A DNA stretch of 64,000 nucleotides, taken from a virus. The position numbers were made by a program, and so were the translations under genes. Shown piece after piece: positions 40,627 through 50,382 of this stretch (within the stretch, counting starts at the first letter, position 1; each line of letters starts with the position of its first letter). Where the stretch lies: the IMG/VR virus record IMGVR_UViG_3300008117_007749. The stretch is one strand, 5' to 3'. The notes beneath the pieces were generated by a model. The model did no database searches and was not told the origin of the DNA. It was given only the letters and a program-made list of their open reading frames with translations.

Positions 40627-42693
40627 ATGAGTATTTTTGATAATCCTAATCACCAAGGAGCACTTACTTATTTGATAGATGCAGCAACAGGTAATCCACA
40701 ATTAGACTGGAGTTATCTTACCTACACATCACCGATAGACAAACAAAGTGCAGTTGATGGGGCTTCTTATGATTTCTACACAAATTTAGCAAAAAACGGA
40801 GGATTTCCTAACTATGGACCAAACGGAATACTTATTAAGGATCCGGTTGAGAGTCCTTATCCACATGGTATTTTTAGTGCAGAAGCCGGAAAAAGGGGAT
40901 TTTTACCACCAGAATCAATTTATCCAACAAGTGAAACTTTACCAAATGATATAGTCACTAAAGCATCAGCCGGTGGTTATATATTTCAAGACTGGAGAGG
41001 ACATATTCTTAAAGCTGATTATTTAAGAAGAACAGAAGGAGACACTGGTGTTCCAAAAACCACTCCAATGTCAAAATGGGACAAGACAAAAAACTTTGAA
41101 AGAAGTGAAAAAGATGTTCAAGATAAACCCTACACATTTAGAGATATTCCTCTAATTTTTGGAGATCTACGAGGAGATTATTTTAGAAATGGACTTCAAG
41201 TAATAGACGAACAAGCATTCTTAGAACTTCCTACCGATTCAGGAAGCACTGCTAGATTAGATAACTTTAAAGGAACACCTTGGGAATTGAATGATCCTGT
41301 CTTTTTTGGATTTGATATAATCTTTGAGGCGGGTAGTTCTCCACTTTTAAACGGATCGGTTTTAGATTTTTTAAGACAATATTCAAACGTAAATGAATTT
41401 ACAGAAAGAATTGCGGTCTATGAAGAATTTAAAAATCAGTTTAAAAAACTTTTTAGAGTTGACCAAGAAGTAGCTTTTCAAAATTCAATAGATGATACGA
41501 AAATTGCTTTTACAAAAGCAAAACCAAATTCAGCAATGTTACCTTCTAACTCGAATATTCATGAACCGGGTAGATTAGCATATATGGGATATTATCTGAA
41601 AAAAGTCACTGGATTAGATCTTTTAATAGAACAAAATAAAGGCAACACTTTAAAATATTTTGCTGATTATAGAAATGACTTTATAAGTTTAGATTTTTAT
41701 GAAGATGTATCACTTAGTGTTGGTGCGTTAGCACATTTATATAAATTGCTTTATTGGTCAAAACCTCAAGGTAAAATGATTGTTCCTGATAACTTACTAA
41801 GATTTAATTGTAAAATTATTATTTCCGAATTTAGAAACTTTATGAGAGTAAATAAATCAGGACCAACTGTTAGAGAAGTTAAAGATAACCTAAGTAGATA
41901 TGTTTATTCACTAAAAGAATGTCAATTTTACTTTGACAAAATGCCACATCCAAATGAGGTATCAGTTGGTGGAGAAGGACCAGCTGCTCAAGAAAATTAT
42001 TCTATAAACTTTGACTTTAAATACTCAACATTAAAAATGGAGAGATTTGTACCACAATCAAACTATGAATGGGGAACATATGTAGGATACGATGCTGGAG
42101 CAATCTGGAAAATAGGAAACGCAGGAGCTAGAGATGCTAGAAAAACAGGATCGGGCGGTTCTTCTACACCAAGATTTTTTACATCAAATACTAATACCGA
42201 TAAACAAGTAGGAGTTGAAAAACCTAAAGTTCTATTAATATACGGAGAACCACAATCTAGAGTCGCTACAGAGGCATTTGATGTTTTTAAACTTCAATCT
42301 GAAAAGAATGCACAAAAAGCTGAAAAACAAAATAGTTTGACGTCGGAAGCTTTCTCTAAAGGACCAAGTCCAGCATTTAAAAAAGCAGTCAATTTCGTTG
42401 TAGATGTTACCGGAATCGGAACAAAAGTAACACAAGCAAAAGGAAAAGCAAGTACTTTTTTTAACACAATGTCACAAGAAACCGGATTAAAAGGAGCGTC
42501 AATCAGACAAACCTTACTTAATCAAACTCTAGATAAAGCATTTTCTAATAAAGTAGGAGGATCTGTTCAAAAGAACTTACTTTCTAATATACCACCTTCT
42601 GGTAACTTTTTTGACACTATGGGAACGCTAAAAAATGATGTTGCGAATTTTGCAGGAGGATCTATGGCAAATAAATTATTCGGAGGTCAATGA
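40627..42693 (+). CDS. Baseplate/tail-tube initiator-like structural protein
   Basis: DPVFFGF, YYLKKVTGL, VPDNLLRFNC.I.ISE.RN; tail-tube-like strand pattern; context. Confidence 0.45.
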   Translation: MSIFDNPNHQGALTYLIDAATGNPQLDWSYLTYTSPIDKQSAVDGASYDFYTNLAKNGGFPNYGPNGILIKDPVESPYPHGIFSAEAGKRGFLPPESIYPTSETLPNDIVTKASAGGYIFQDWRGHILKADYLRRTEGDTGVPKTTPMSKWDKTKNFERSEKDVQDKPYTFRDIPLIFGDLRGDYFRNGLQVIDEQAFLELPTDSGSTARLDNFKGTPWELNDPVFFGFDIIFEAGSSPLLNGSVLDFLRQYSNVNEFTERIAVYEEFKNQFKKLFRVDQEVAFQNSIDDTKIAFTKAKPNSAMLPSNSNIHEPGRLAYMGYYLKKVTGLDLLIEQNKGNTLKYFADYRNDFISLDFYEDVSLSVGALAHLYKLLYWSKPQGKMIVPDNLLRFNCKIIISEFRNFMRVNKSGPTVREVKDNLSRYVYSLKECQFYFDKMPHPNEVSVGGEGPAAQENYSINFDFKYSTLKMERFVPQSNYEWGTYVGYDAGAIWKIGNAGARDARKTGSGGSSTPRFFTSNTNTDKQVGVEKPKVLLIYGEPQSRVATEAFDVFKLQSEKNAQKAEKQNSLTSEAFSKGPSPAFKKAVNFVVDVTGIGTKVTQAKGKASTFFNTMSQETGLKGASIRQTLLNQTLDKAFSNKVGGSVQKNLLSNIPPSGNFFDTMGTLKNDVANFAGGSMANKLFGGQ

Positions 42694-44975
42694 AAAAAAG
42701 AGCTGAAATAGGTAAAACCTATATAGGTGTAGTAGAGGAAAATGTAGACCCAGATAAACACGGTAGGTTAAAGGTTAGAGTTTTAGACTTCTTTGAAAAA
42801 ATGGAAGTTGAAGATATTCCTTGGGCTTCTCCTTGGAAAGATCTTAACGGTAATCAATTTTCAGTACCAGATAAAGGCAAGGTTGTGATTGTTGTATTTG
42901 ACCAAGGTGATATAAATAAACCGGAATTTATATTTTCAGAGCACTATAATGTTAATTTAGAAAATAAAATCAAATCACTTTCAAATGAAGACTATCTTTC
43001 TATGAAATCTTTACTTTATGATCATAGAACTCAAATATATGTAAATGAATCCGAGGGTCTTAAAATTGATCACAAATATAACAACATTAACATAACGGAA
43101 AACTCCATTAATTTAAACCTTAAAGACAATAAAAGAATTATAAATATTGGAGATAAAACAGCTAATCAACAAGCAGTATTGGGAAACAACTGGATGACTT
43201 GGTTTGATGAGTTTGTCGATCATCTTATGGGTCAATTTGGCGGAGCTTTACTATCACCCACACCTTGTATGCCATCTCCACCTTTTTTAGCAGTTCTTTT
43301 AAAATATAAAGCTTTAAGAGATACTAAATTTTTATCACATCACGTAAATATAGTTGATAATGATAAAACCTCAACAGTAAAAGGCGAAACTGAAAAAAGA
43401 CAAGATGAATCACAACAAGGAGATAAATGGGTATCAACTAAAGAAGAGAATAAAGTTACAACAAAAACAGAAGAGGATTTCAAGCCAGTTGAAGGTCCTA
43501 AACCAAAATATGATGAAAATTTTAAAGCCGAGCCAACAGAAACCAAAACAGATCCTAAAGAAGAGGTAAAAACAGAAACTCCTAAACCATCTGAAGTTAA
43601 TCCAGCGACCGGAATTGAAACAAAAAAACCAGATGATCCGACTAAACCAGAAGAGAAACCAATTAAAAAAGAAGAGCCTCTATCGTCACCGACTTCAAAT
43701 ACTAAAATTGACAGTCTGATAAAGTTTATGGAATCAAAAGACTATAGAGTTTTTAAAGACCAATATCTACTTAATATAGTTGGTATTAGGAACAAAACTA
43801 AAAAGATTACCAATGTATTTGATGATCAACTAAATGTATTCTATATAGATGATAAAGGTAACTGGACATTAAAAGAATATGATATTACAACAGTTCCTGG
43901 ATTAGTACCAGGTGAAGAAAAACTACCCGAAAATGTGGCAATGTTAGCACTCGGTCAATATTTAAATGTTATAAAAATGTCAAATTTTCAAGAAGATACA
44001 AAACATCCTTGTTTGAAATTTGATTATTGTGCTGTTCATAGAAATAACAAAAGAAATAAATATGATTTCACTTCACCAATAGAACAAGGAAGTATTCCAA
44101 TGTATATTCACAGATCATCGGATACATCCACCGCTCAGTATGTTTTTAACTATTCAGAAGGATCTCAAGTTTTTAAAAACATAAATCACTATGATGAGTT
44201 TATGGAATTATGTAAAAAACAATTAAGTGAGGGTAAAAAAGAGTTATTTACCTATACACTTACGGATAAAGTAGATTATGAGAAATCAACCGAAAGTACA
44301 GAAGAAGAAACTAAATTGAACAAATACGAAAAATACGCTAAAGGTAAAATTAAACAAGCTAAAGATAAATATAAAGATATTAAAGATAAAGTTGATAAAA
44401 AAATCGACAATATTCAACAAAATATATCAGAAACAAAAGAAATAATTGAAGAAAAATTAGGTTCTAAACAAGTTATCGCAGCTCTTATAATAGAAGGATA
44501 TTTTAAAGACGAAAATGAACCAAATCAAAGAGAATTATTTGATCAAAAGGTGGATAGTGGTATGATTGCTAAAAGAACTACATTGACAGCGGGTGGAATT
44601 GGAAAACCAGAATTCGAAGGAGATACTTACTATGGACTTAAACAAGAATATAAAGATAAATATGAGTCAAATATACTATCATCTTTACCAGAAGGAACAG
44701 ATTCTTCACAAGTATTTTTATTAATAAGACAAAAGAAAACTCTTAATAAATCTAAAGAAAAGGCTGCTAAAGAAAGTGAAACAAAAGGTACAACAGAGGT
44801 AGATCCACTAGGATTCGTGGGAACAGTTGTAGTATTCACACCACCTAAACAACCAACTGATAAAAAGAAAGATAAAGAGAAAAAAGATAAAGAAGAGGAA
44901 AAACAAAATACTTCTGGTCAAAATACAGACCAATCTGGAGGAAGTTCAAATAGCCAAACCGGAACAACTCCATAA
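42690..44975 (+). CDS. gp5-like baseplate spike/hub protein: OB-fold plus YkuD-like domain
   Basis: YIGVVEENVDPDKHGRLKVRV...IPWA.P...FSVPDKG..V.V.F = gp5/VgrG OB-fold; LNIVGIRN..FDD..TTVPG..IH..SEGSQVF paralogous to 18391..19125. Confidence 0.8.
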   Translation: MKKRAEIGKTYIGVVEENVDPDKHGRLKVRVLDFFEKMEVEDIPWASPWKDLNGNQFSVPDKGKVVIVVFDQGDINKPEFIFSEHYNVNLENKIKSLSNEDYLSMKSLLYDHRTQIYVNESEGLKIDHKYNNINITENSINLNLKDNKRIINIGDKTANQQAVLGNNWMTWFDEFVDHLMGQFGGALLSPTPCMPSPPFLAVLLKYKALRDTKFLSHHVNIVDNDKTSTVKGETEKRQDESQQGDKWVSTKEENKVTTKTEEDFKPVEGPKPKYDENFKAEPTETKTDPKEEVKTETPKPSEVNPATGIETKKPDDPTKPEEKPIKKEEPLSSPTSNTKIDSLIKFMESKDYRVFKDQYLLNIVGIRNKTKKITNVFDDQLNVFYIDDKGNWTLKEYDITTVPGLVPGEEKLPENVAMLALGQYLNVIKMSNFQEDTKHPCLKFDYCAVHRNNKRNKYDFTSPIEQGSIPMYIHRSSDTSTAQYVFNYSEGSQVFKNINHYDEFMELCKKQLSEGKKELFTYTLTDKVDYEKSTESTEEETKLNKYEKYAKGKIKQAKDKYKDIKDKVDKKIDNIQQNISETKEIIEEKLGSKQVIAALIIEGYFKDENEPNQRELFDQKVDSGMIAKRTTLTAGGIGKPEFEGDTYYGLKQEYKDKYESNILSSLPEGTDSSQVFLLIRQKKTLNKSKEKAAKESETKGTTEVDPLGFVGTVVVFTPPKQPTDKKKDKEKKDKEEEKQNTSGQNTDQSGGSSNSQTGTTP

Positions 44976-45026
44976 AAAATTAGTTTTTTAATTTAATATA
45001 TAGATTATAAAAACTAATTTTTTATT

Positions 45027-45284
45027 ATGACTGATCCTAAATATTTTGTTAATATTTCTTATGTACCATCACAAGTTAATGGCACTCAACTTCAATTTTT
45101 ATCAGGAGCTACTGTTTCTTTACCTACTTACTCAGCTGATTATTTTAGAGCATCTATGCCAGAAGTTAATATAACAGCTACCGGTTCAAGTTATACCGAA
45201 GCATTAGATAATTTATTATTAATTGCAACTTCTTCAACGCCTGATAATGGACAAAATCCATTAGCTAACAAAAGATATTACTAA
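45027..45284 (+). CDS. Small hypothetical protein, probably structural
   Basis: 85 aa; AATATATA upstream. Confidence 0.6.
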   Translation: MTDPKYFVNISYVPSQVNGTQLQFLSGATVSLPTYSADYFRASMPEVNITATGSSYTEALDNLLLIATSSTPDNGQNPLANKRYY

Positions 45285-47408
45285 TTAAGTATAATTAGGT
45301 GACTGTAGATTATTTACACCTAAATCACTATAGAAATTAGATTCTCCTTTCTTAAATGCAGACCCACCACCTTTTCCGATTTTGTAATATGGACCACCTT
45401 TTATTGCAGCTTCGCCGTAATATTCCCAATGCCACTCTTCACTTTTAACAGCTCTTACAAATCCAAACTTCCAGGAATTTTTTACTAACCATTTATAAAC
45501 ATCATTTCTCAATTTACCAAATTGAACAACGTTATTTGGATCTCTTGTACCGGTGTTTAAATCGACAGCAATTCCATTTCCATGTCTCGAACTTCCGGGC
45601 TTGGCGGTTTCAGTTTTTCCACAAACCCCACCTGGACAATTTTTAGCGTAAAGAACTTCTTGTGATTCAGCACTAACTGATAGACCACTTTCGGTTTTTG
45701 CACTTAAATTTGGACCAAAAGCCGGTCTGAAACCTGATGATATAACTATACTGTGACCAGCTTCTTTAGCAGCGGTAAGCATATCAATAAGAGCGGGTGC
45801 TATAACAACATTTATTGGTTTTACATTGCTCTTACCGGAATACCATTCAAGTGGCACTGCGCAACATTTTATTTTTGATTTCCCGTTTGCTACCAATTCT
45901 CCAGGTATCAAATCTAATTTATGTTTTCCAGGCACATAGTTAGTATATGATTCTTTCATTTTTTCATCATTTAACTGACCGTTTGCACCCACCGAATTTG
46001 AACTAGCATCATTAAATTTTGCTGCTTGTTCCTCGGTTTGTTTTTGATCGGATTCACTTTCATAAAATTGACACTCCGAAACCTGAAAATCTTCCTCGGA
46101 ACCAACAAAAGGTTCTTCAACATATTCTTCATCAATAACAAATGGACTATCTGGTCCGAAATCAAACCCATCAACAGATTCTTCAGACTGAGGTTCTCCT
46201 ATCCAAATACTAAACTTAGGAACATCTTCTCTAGCCATAACTTTAAAATCTTCCGGGAAAACTATTGTTAATTTTTGTTTTGAAACTGTTAATCCAGAAG
46301 GACTTGCTCCAGATGGACTTCCACCAGTTGGTTCTACTGAAGGACCAGGTAACGGCTGAATTGGTGATATATACTCTATTAATTCACATTTTTGATTGGA
46401 AGGATTACAGAGTTTTAAATCATAATTTGGAACTATTCTTTTCCAATCATCTATGAATCGATTGACAATATCAATGTCGGGAATACCAGAAGGTACTTCT
46501 CTAGATGCAGATCCACCATATTTGACAATTGTGTTATCAATAGATAACATTAACATTTCTCCAGACTTTTGATTTATCGTTTCGACTTTTTTTATAATTT
46601 GAGACTTTGGATTACTTGGAGTTCCTCCTTTTAACTCGATAAGATAATCTGAACTAGTTATATCCCTCTCATTACCTTTTTTATCTGACCACTCTGTTCC
46701 ACCTGTAACTATTACAGGAGAGCCGGAACTATATTTATACTGAACTTCTTCAAGATCTACATAAACAGTTATACCATCCTCTAAGAATGTTTCAGACCAA
46801 AATTGACCAAAAGAATTCCACTCGACTATTGGCATCGTATTTCCATATTTAGACCAATTTGGACCAGTTGGATTTTTTCCAACAAGATATCTATCTCCAC
46901 TGTTGGCAGAGACAGTTCCACCTGAAATAGGTTCAGATCTTTTTATATCAATAACATTCGGAATACTACCAGTTTTACCAGATTCATAGGTACCAGAAAC
47001 CTCTGTCCAGCTTGGATCATCAAATTTAAACCACTTAACATAAAGTTCTGTTCCATTATTTAAATAATATGGATCAAAACCGAAATTTCTTAAAATTGGA
47101 GGTTCAGGTGACCAAGGATCTTGTATAATAGCATACTCAATTGAGTTTAACTTTGATTGAGTTCTTATATAATCAGTTATAACCTCATCATCTGTTAAAT
47201 CTTTATATCGACTACCGGAGTATTCAACTTCGGGCCAAATCTTATTTAATTTATCTGGTTCTTCTTTTTTATTAGGATCGACGCCTAATACACTTCTTTT
47301 AGAAAAAGCTCTATCATAAATTGCAACTCTAATATCTAACTCGGTTTTTGTATCAAACCCGTTTGCAAAATTTCTCCTTATTCTAACTGACTTAATATAC
47401 TTTGCCAT
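45285..47408 (-). CDS. Tail-associated protein with C-terminal M15 (VanY-like) Zn peptidase
   Basis: SSGFR...AKPGSSRHGNGIAVDL...WLVKNSWKFGF...EEWHWEY; DUF2793-like GDRYLVG module. Confidence 0.85.
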   Translation of the reverse strand: MAKYIKSVRIRRNFANGFDTKTELDIRVAIYDRAFSKRSVLGVDPNKKEEPDKLNKIWPEVEYSGSRYKDLTDDEVITDYIRTQSKLNSIEYAIIQDPWSPEPPILRNFGFDPYYLNNGTELYVKWFKFDDPSWTEVSGTYESGKTGSIPNVIDIKRSEPISGGTVSANSGDRYLVGKNPTGPNWSKYGNTMPIVEWNSFGQFWSETFLEDGITVYVDLEEVQYKYSSGSPVIVTGGTEWSDKKGNERDITSSDYLIELKGGTPSNPKSQIIKKVETINQKSGEMLMLSIDNTIVKYGGSASREVPSGIPDIDIVNRFIDDWKRIVPNYDLKLCNPSNQKCELIEYISPIQPLPGPSVEPTGGSPSGASPSGLTVSKQKLTIVFPEDFKVMAREDVPKFSIWIGEPQSEESVDGFDFGPDSPFVIDEEYVEEPFVGSEEDFQVSECQFYESESDQKQTEEQAAKFNDASSNSVGANGQLNDEKMKESYTNYVPGKHKLDLIPGELVANGKSKIKCCAVPLEWYSGKSNVKPINVVIAPALIDMLTAAKEAGHSIVISSGFRPAFGPNLSAKTESGLSVSAESQEVLYAKNCPGGVCGKTETAKPGSSRHGNGIAVDLNTGTRDPNNVVQFGKLRNDVYKWLVKNSWKFGFVRAVKSEEWHWEYYGEAAIKGGPYYKIGKGGGSAFKKGESNFYSDLGVNNLQSPNYT

Positions 47409-47410
47409 AA

Positions 47411-47944
47411 TTATAATCCACCTACACTAATAGCACCTCCATCACCAAGTCTTATAGGCGGAACAGGACTTGGATTAACAGTAGGAGGTAATGAATAATT
47501 ATTTTCTACGTAATCTTTTCTTGATTTGTCTTGTTTTGTCTTTTTATCAGGATAACCAAGTTTTTGACTAATCGATTTTTTATTTACTAAAGAATCTGTT
47601 TCAATAATTCTCAGACCTTCATACTCACCAATTGGTACATACTTTAGTATTGTTCCTTTTTTTATATTCAATGGATTTGAAATGTTGTTTATAGATAATA
47701 GAGCATCAACTTCTTTATAATAATATCGAACTTGGTCTGATTCTAACTCATAGATATTCTGGAAAATTAAATCTATTCTCATTTCATCATCTCCGGTAAC
47801 TTCATATGTCGGATAATTTCTTAAGTCCGCACTTTTTATCGTTGGTTGAAAAAGATCATAAAATATAACTGGTTTTTGTTCTAGTTTTACTCCAACCGAT
47901 ATAAAACCTGGTTTTAGTTGTTTGTAAAGTGATGTTATATCCAT
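47411..47944 (-). CDS. Baseplate wedge gp53/LysM-like protein
   Basis: EMRIDLI...Y...LLSINNISNPLNIKKGTIL..P. Confidence 0.65.
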   Translation of the reverse strand: MDITSLYKQLKPGFISVGVKLEQKPVIFYDLFQPTIKSADLRNYPTYEVTGDDEMRIDLIFQNIYELESDQVRYYYKEVDALLSINNISNPLNIKKGTILKYVPIGEYEGLRIIETDSLVNKKSISQKLGYPDKKTKQDKSRKDYVENNYSLPPTVNPSPVPPIRLGDGGAISVGGL

Positions 47945-47955
47945 ATTTATTTTTA

Positions 47956-49812
47956 TTATTTTGTAACAGAACCCGAATTTGAATTAGCATCCTTATTTAT
48001 TTTATCTTGGGATTGATTTTCTTTTGTAGTGGTTTTTGATGGATCACCTGCGTTTTTGTCTTCATTGTTTGACACGCCAGATCCACCACCTTGATTTTGA
48101 GTTTGCGAATCCTTACCTTCTTCTCTTTTTTCATAAGTATAGAGATTCTCATTTAATACATCAGATGGACTTGATGCTGCAAAATCTTTCACAACATTAA
48201 CAATTCTTAAGTGACCTGTATTAAACTTAGCCATAATATCTGTTAATCCCCAAGATTTTGCGGGGGTTAATGTGAAGTCAATTTTTATACTTGCTGGTAA
48301 ATCGTTAAATGCAAGTGTCGGACCTAATGTAATTTGAACAGCTGTTGTGTACATATCCCCAGCACAAAACATTGGTCTTAGAGGATTTCCAATTGTAACA
48401 TGCCAAGGTGTAGAGGCTGCTCCGGAAAGAGCATTCGCAATACCTTTAATTTGCTCTCTATACTTACTTATTACAGAAGAAAATATCTCTGATGTTAAAT
48501 TAGCTACAGTATTAACAAATTTATCTATAAATCCCTTTTCTTTAGCTTCAGCCTTTTTAAGTTCAGCTTCTTGTTTTTTGTAATCCTTTTCTATATCGGC
48601 TCCTGGATCTTCTTCACCACCTTCAGTTTCGTCCGCTGCTTCTTGTTCAGCTAAAGCTTCTTTTTTCTCGTTCTTTAACGCATCTTTAGCTTCTTTGTAT
48701 GTTTTAGATATCAAATCTTTTAATTGAGTTTTTGCAAAGTCTATTGCGTTTTTTACCGCACTAACAAAATCAGTAATCAATGATTGTGGATTAGTTGCCC
48801 ATTGTTTAATTTTACTAGCAAATTTTCCGGATAAGCCATAATCGACAGCGGGTGAGGTTCCAAATCTAAGAGCATTTGATAATATGTCTAAATAAACTAT
48901 TGTAGGGTCTATTCCAGAAATAAATTTTTGCTCATACTCACAAGTCATCTTTACACTCAAAATACAAGATAAACCCGATCCAGCTTCACCAGCCGGTACG
49001 GTCTTTCTTCTTTTTGCCTCTTTCACTAAATTTGGCTCACCCGCCGGTAAAGTTTGATTTTTGTCATACTGCTCAAAGACTCCAAGCTCTTCTCCTATTT
49101 TTCTAGTCAATATCTCTGTAAAACCTGGCATTGGAACCGCACCAAAAGCAGCACCAGCAACTGTTCCTAAATTACCCATATTAAGTAAGTCTTTTCCAAT
49201 ATTATTCAAAATCTCGGTAAAATCAGCATCAGCATCGGTCCATTCCTCTCCGAATGTTATATCCAAGAAATCTTCCTCAGGCTTTCTCCAACTTATTAGT
49301 GTGGAAATTGGACCTCCACCATTTGTGAAAATATTATCACCAACAGGACCCGAGAATCTTCTTGCAATTATTAACCGGTTATTTGGATAAACTCCTAGAT
49401 TTTTTAAATAAGCAAAATCAGATGGTCTTAATCTAGCTCGAGTACCTGATGTTTTTTCTACAATATTTAATACCGATGTATCATACACATCGTTATTATG
49501 TAAAGTCGCTCTTGAAGTTCCTGTGTAATCATCTTCTAAACCTATCTCTTCCTTTTCTTTATTTGCTGTTCCTTTTTTAGATTGATTTGCCCATGCCTTT
49601 ATTAAGGTACCTCCAGTAAAAAGAGAGTACATACCACCATTTTTTCCAACTTTAGCTTTTTGTAATTTTGATTTATCGGTTTCTTTACCAGCGTTATATA
49701 AATTTACATTAATGTTTCGAGAACGACCACCATTAAAAGTAGACATACCATCACGCGTTGGTCTTGATTCAACACCAATTAATCCTAAAGGGGATCCACC
49801 TAAATTTGGCAT
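47956..49812 (-). CDS. Baseplate/tail structural protein
   Basis: PNNRLIIARRF, WHVTIGNPLRP..C.GD, GPTLAFNDLP..I...FTL; operon with gp53-like gene. Confidence 0.5.
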   Translation of the reverse strand: MPNLGGSPLGLIGVESRPTRDGMSTFNGGRSRNINVNLYNAGKETDKSKLQKAKVGKNGGMYSLFTGGTLIKAWANQSKKGTANKEKEEIGLEDDYTGTSRATLHNNDVYDTSVLNIVEKTSGTRARLRPSDFAYLKNLGVYPNNRLIIARRFSGPVGDNIFTNGGGPISTLISWRKPEEDFLDITFGEEWTDADADFTEILNNIGKDLLNMGNLGTVAGAAFGAVPMPGFTEILTRKIGEELGVFEQYDKNQTLPAGEPNLVKEAKRRKTVPAGEAGSGLSCILSVKMTCEYEQKFISGIDPTIVYLDILSNALRFGTSPAVDYGLSGKFASKIKQWATNPQSLITDFVSAVKNAIDFAKTQLKDLISKTYKEAKDALKNEKKEALAEQEAADETEGGEEDPGADIEKDYKKQEAELKKAEAKEKGFIDKFVNTVANLTSEIFSSVISKYREQIKGIANALSGAASTPWHVTIGNPLRPMFCAGDMYTTAVQITLGPTLAFNDLPASIKIDFTLTPAKSWGLTDIMAKFNTGHLRIVNVVKDFAASSPSDVLNENLYTYEKREEGKDSQTQNQGGGSGVSNNEDKNAGDPSKTTTKENQSQDKINKDANSNSGSVTK

Positions 49813-49848
49813 AGTTTTGTATTAATTTTTTATACTTTATATATTAAA

Positions 49849-50238
49849 TTAATAGTCTCTTATGATTTGTGAATTGGAGAATTTTGATAAATTTCCTAAA
49901 ACATCATCTATAATTTCGGGAAATTTTCTGAACTCGTTGTAGAATATTAAAACATTGAAGTTATTTTCACCGAGTATTTTTTTAAGATTTAGTAGTTTTT
50001 CAATTGAAAATTCATTTTCAAAGTCAGGAATGTAGTAAATGTCTTTCTTTTTATCTATTGCTTGTTGGATCTTATTAAAGATTAAAATTTTTAAATAAGT
50101 TTTATCACTTTGAAAATCTACCTCTTCTTCTTCAATTATTTTCCTTATATCAATGATATATTTGTTTTTAATCCGATTAATTTTAACAAACTTATCAAAC
50201 TTCTTTCTAGTTTTACAATAAACACAAAAAAATTCCAT
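49849..50238 (-). CDS. Hypothetical protein
   Basis: 129 aa ORF with alpha/beta pattern. Confidence 0.55.
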   Translation of the reverse strand: MEFFCVYCKTRKKFDKFVKINRIKNKYIIDIRKIIEEEEVDFQSDKTYLKILIFNKIQQAIDKKKDIYYIPDFENEFSIEKLLNLKKILGENNFNVLIFYNEFRKFPEIIDDVLGNLSKFSNSQIIRDY

Positions 50239-50382
50239 TTTATCGATTCTGTTTTTGGGACCATTTATCCCATAAAAGACAATTTATATTATTTTTAATC
50301 ACTGTCATGTTGAGAATATATATAATTTAAAAAGTTTTCCCTTAAACTTTAAATTAAAATTTCATTTTTAATATATAGAACT

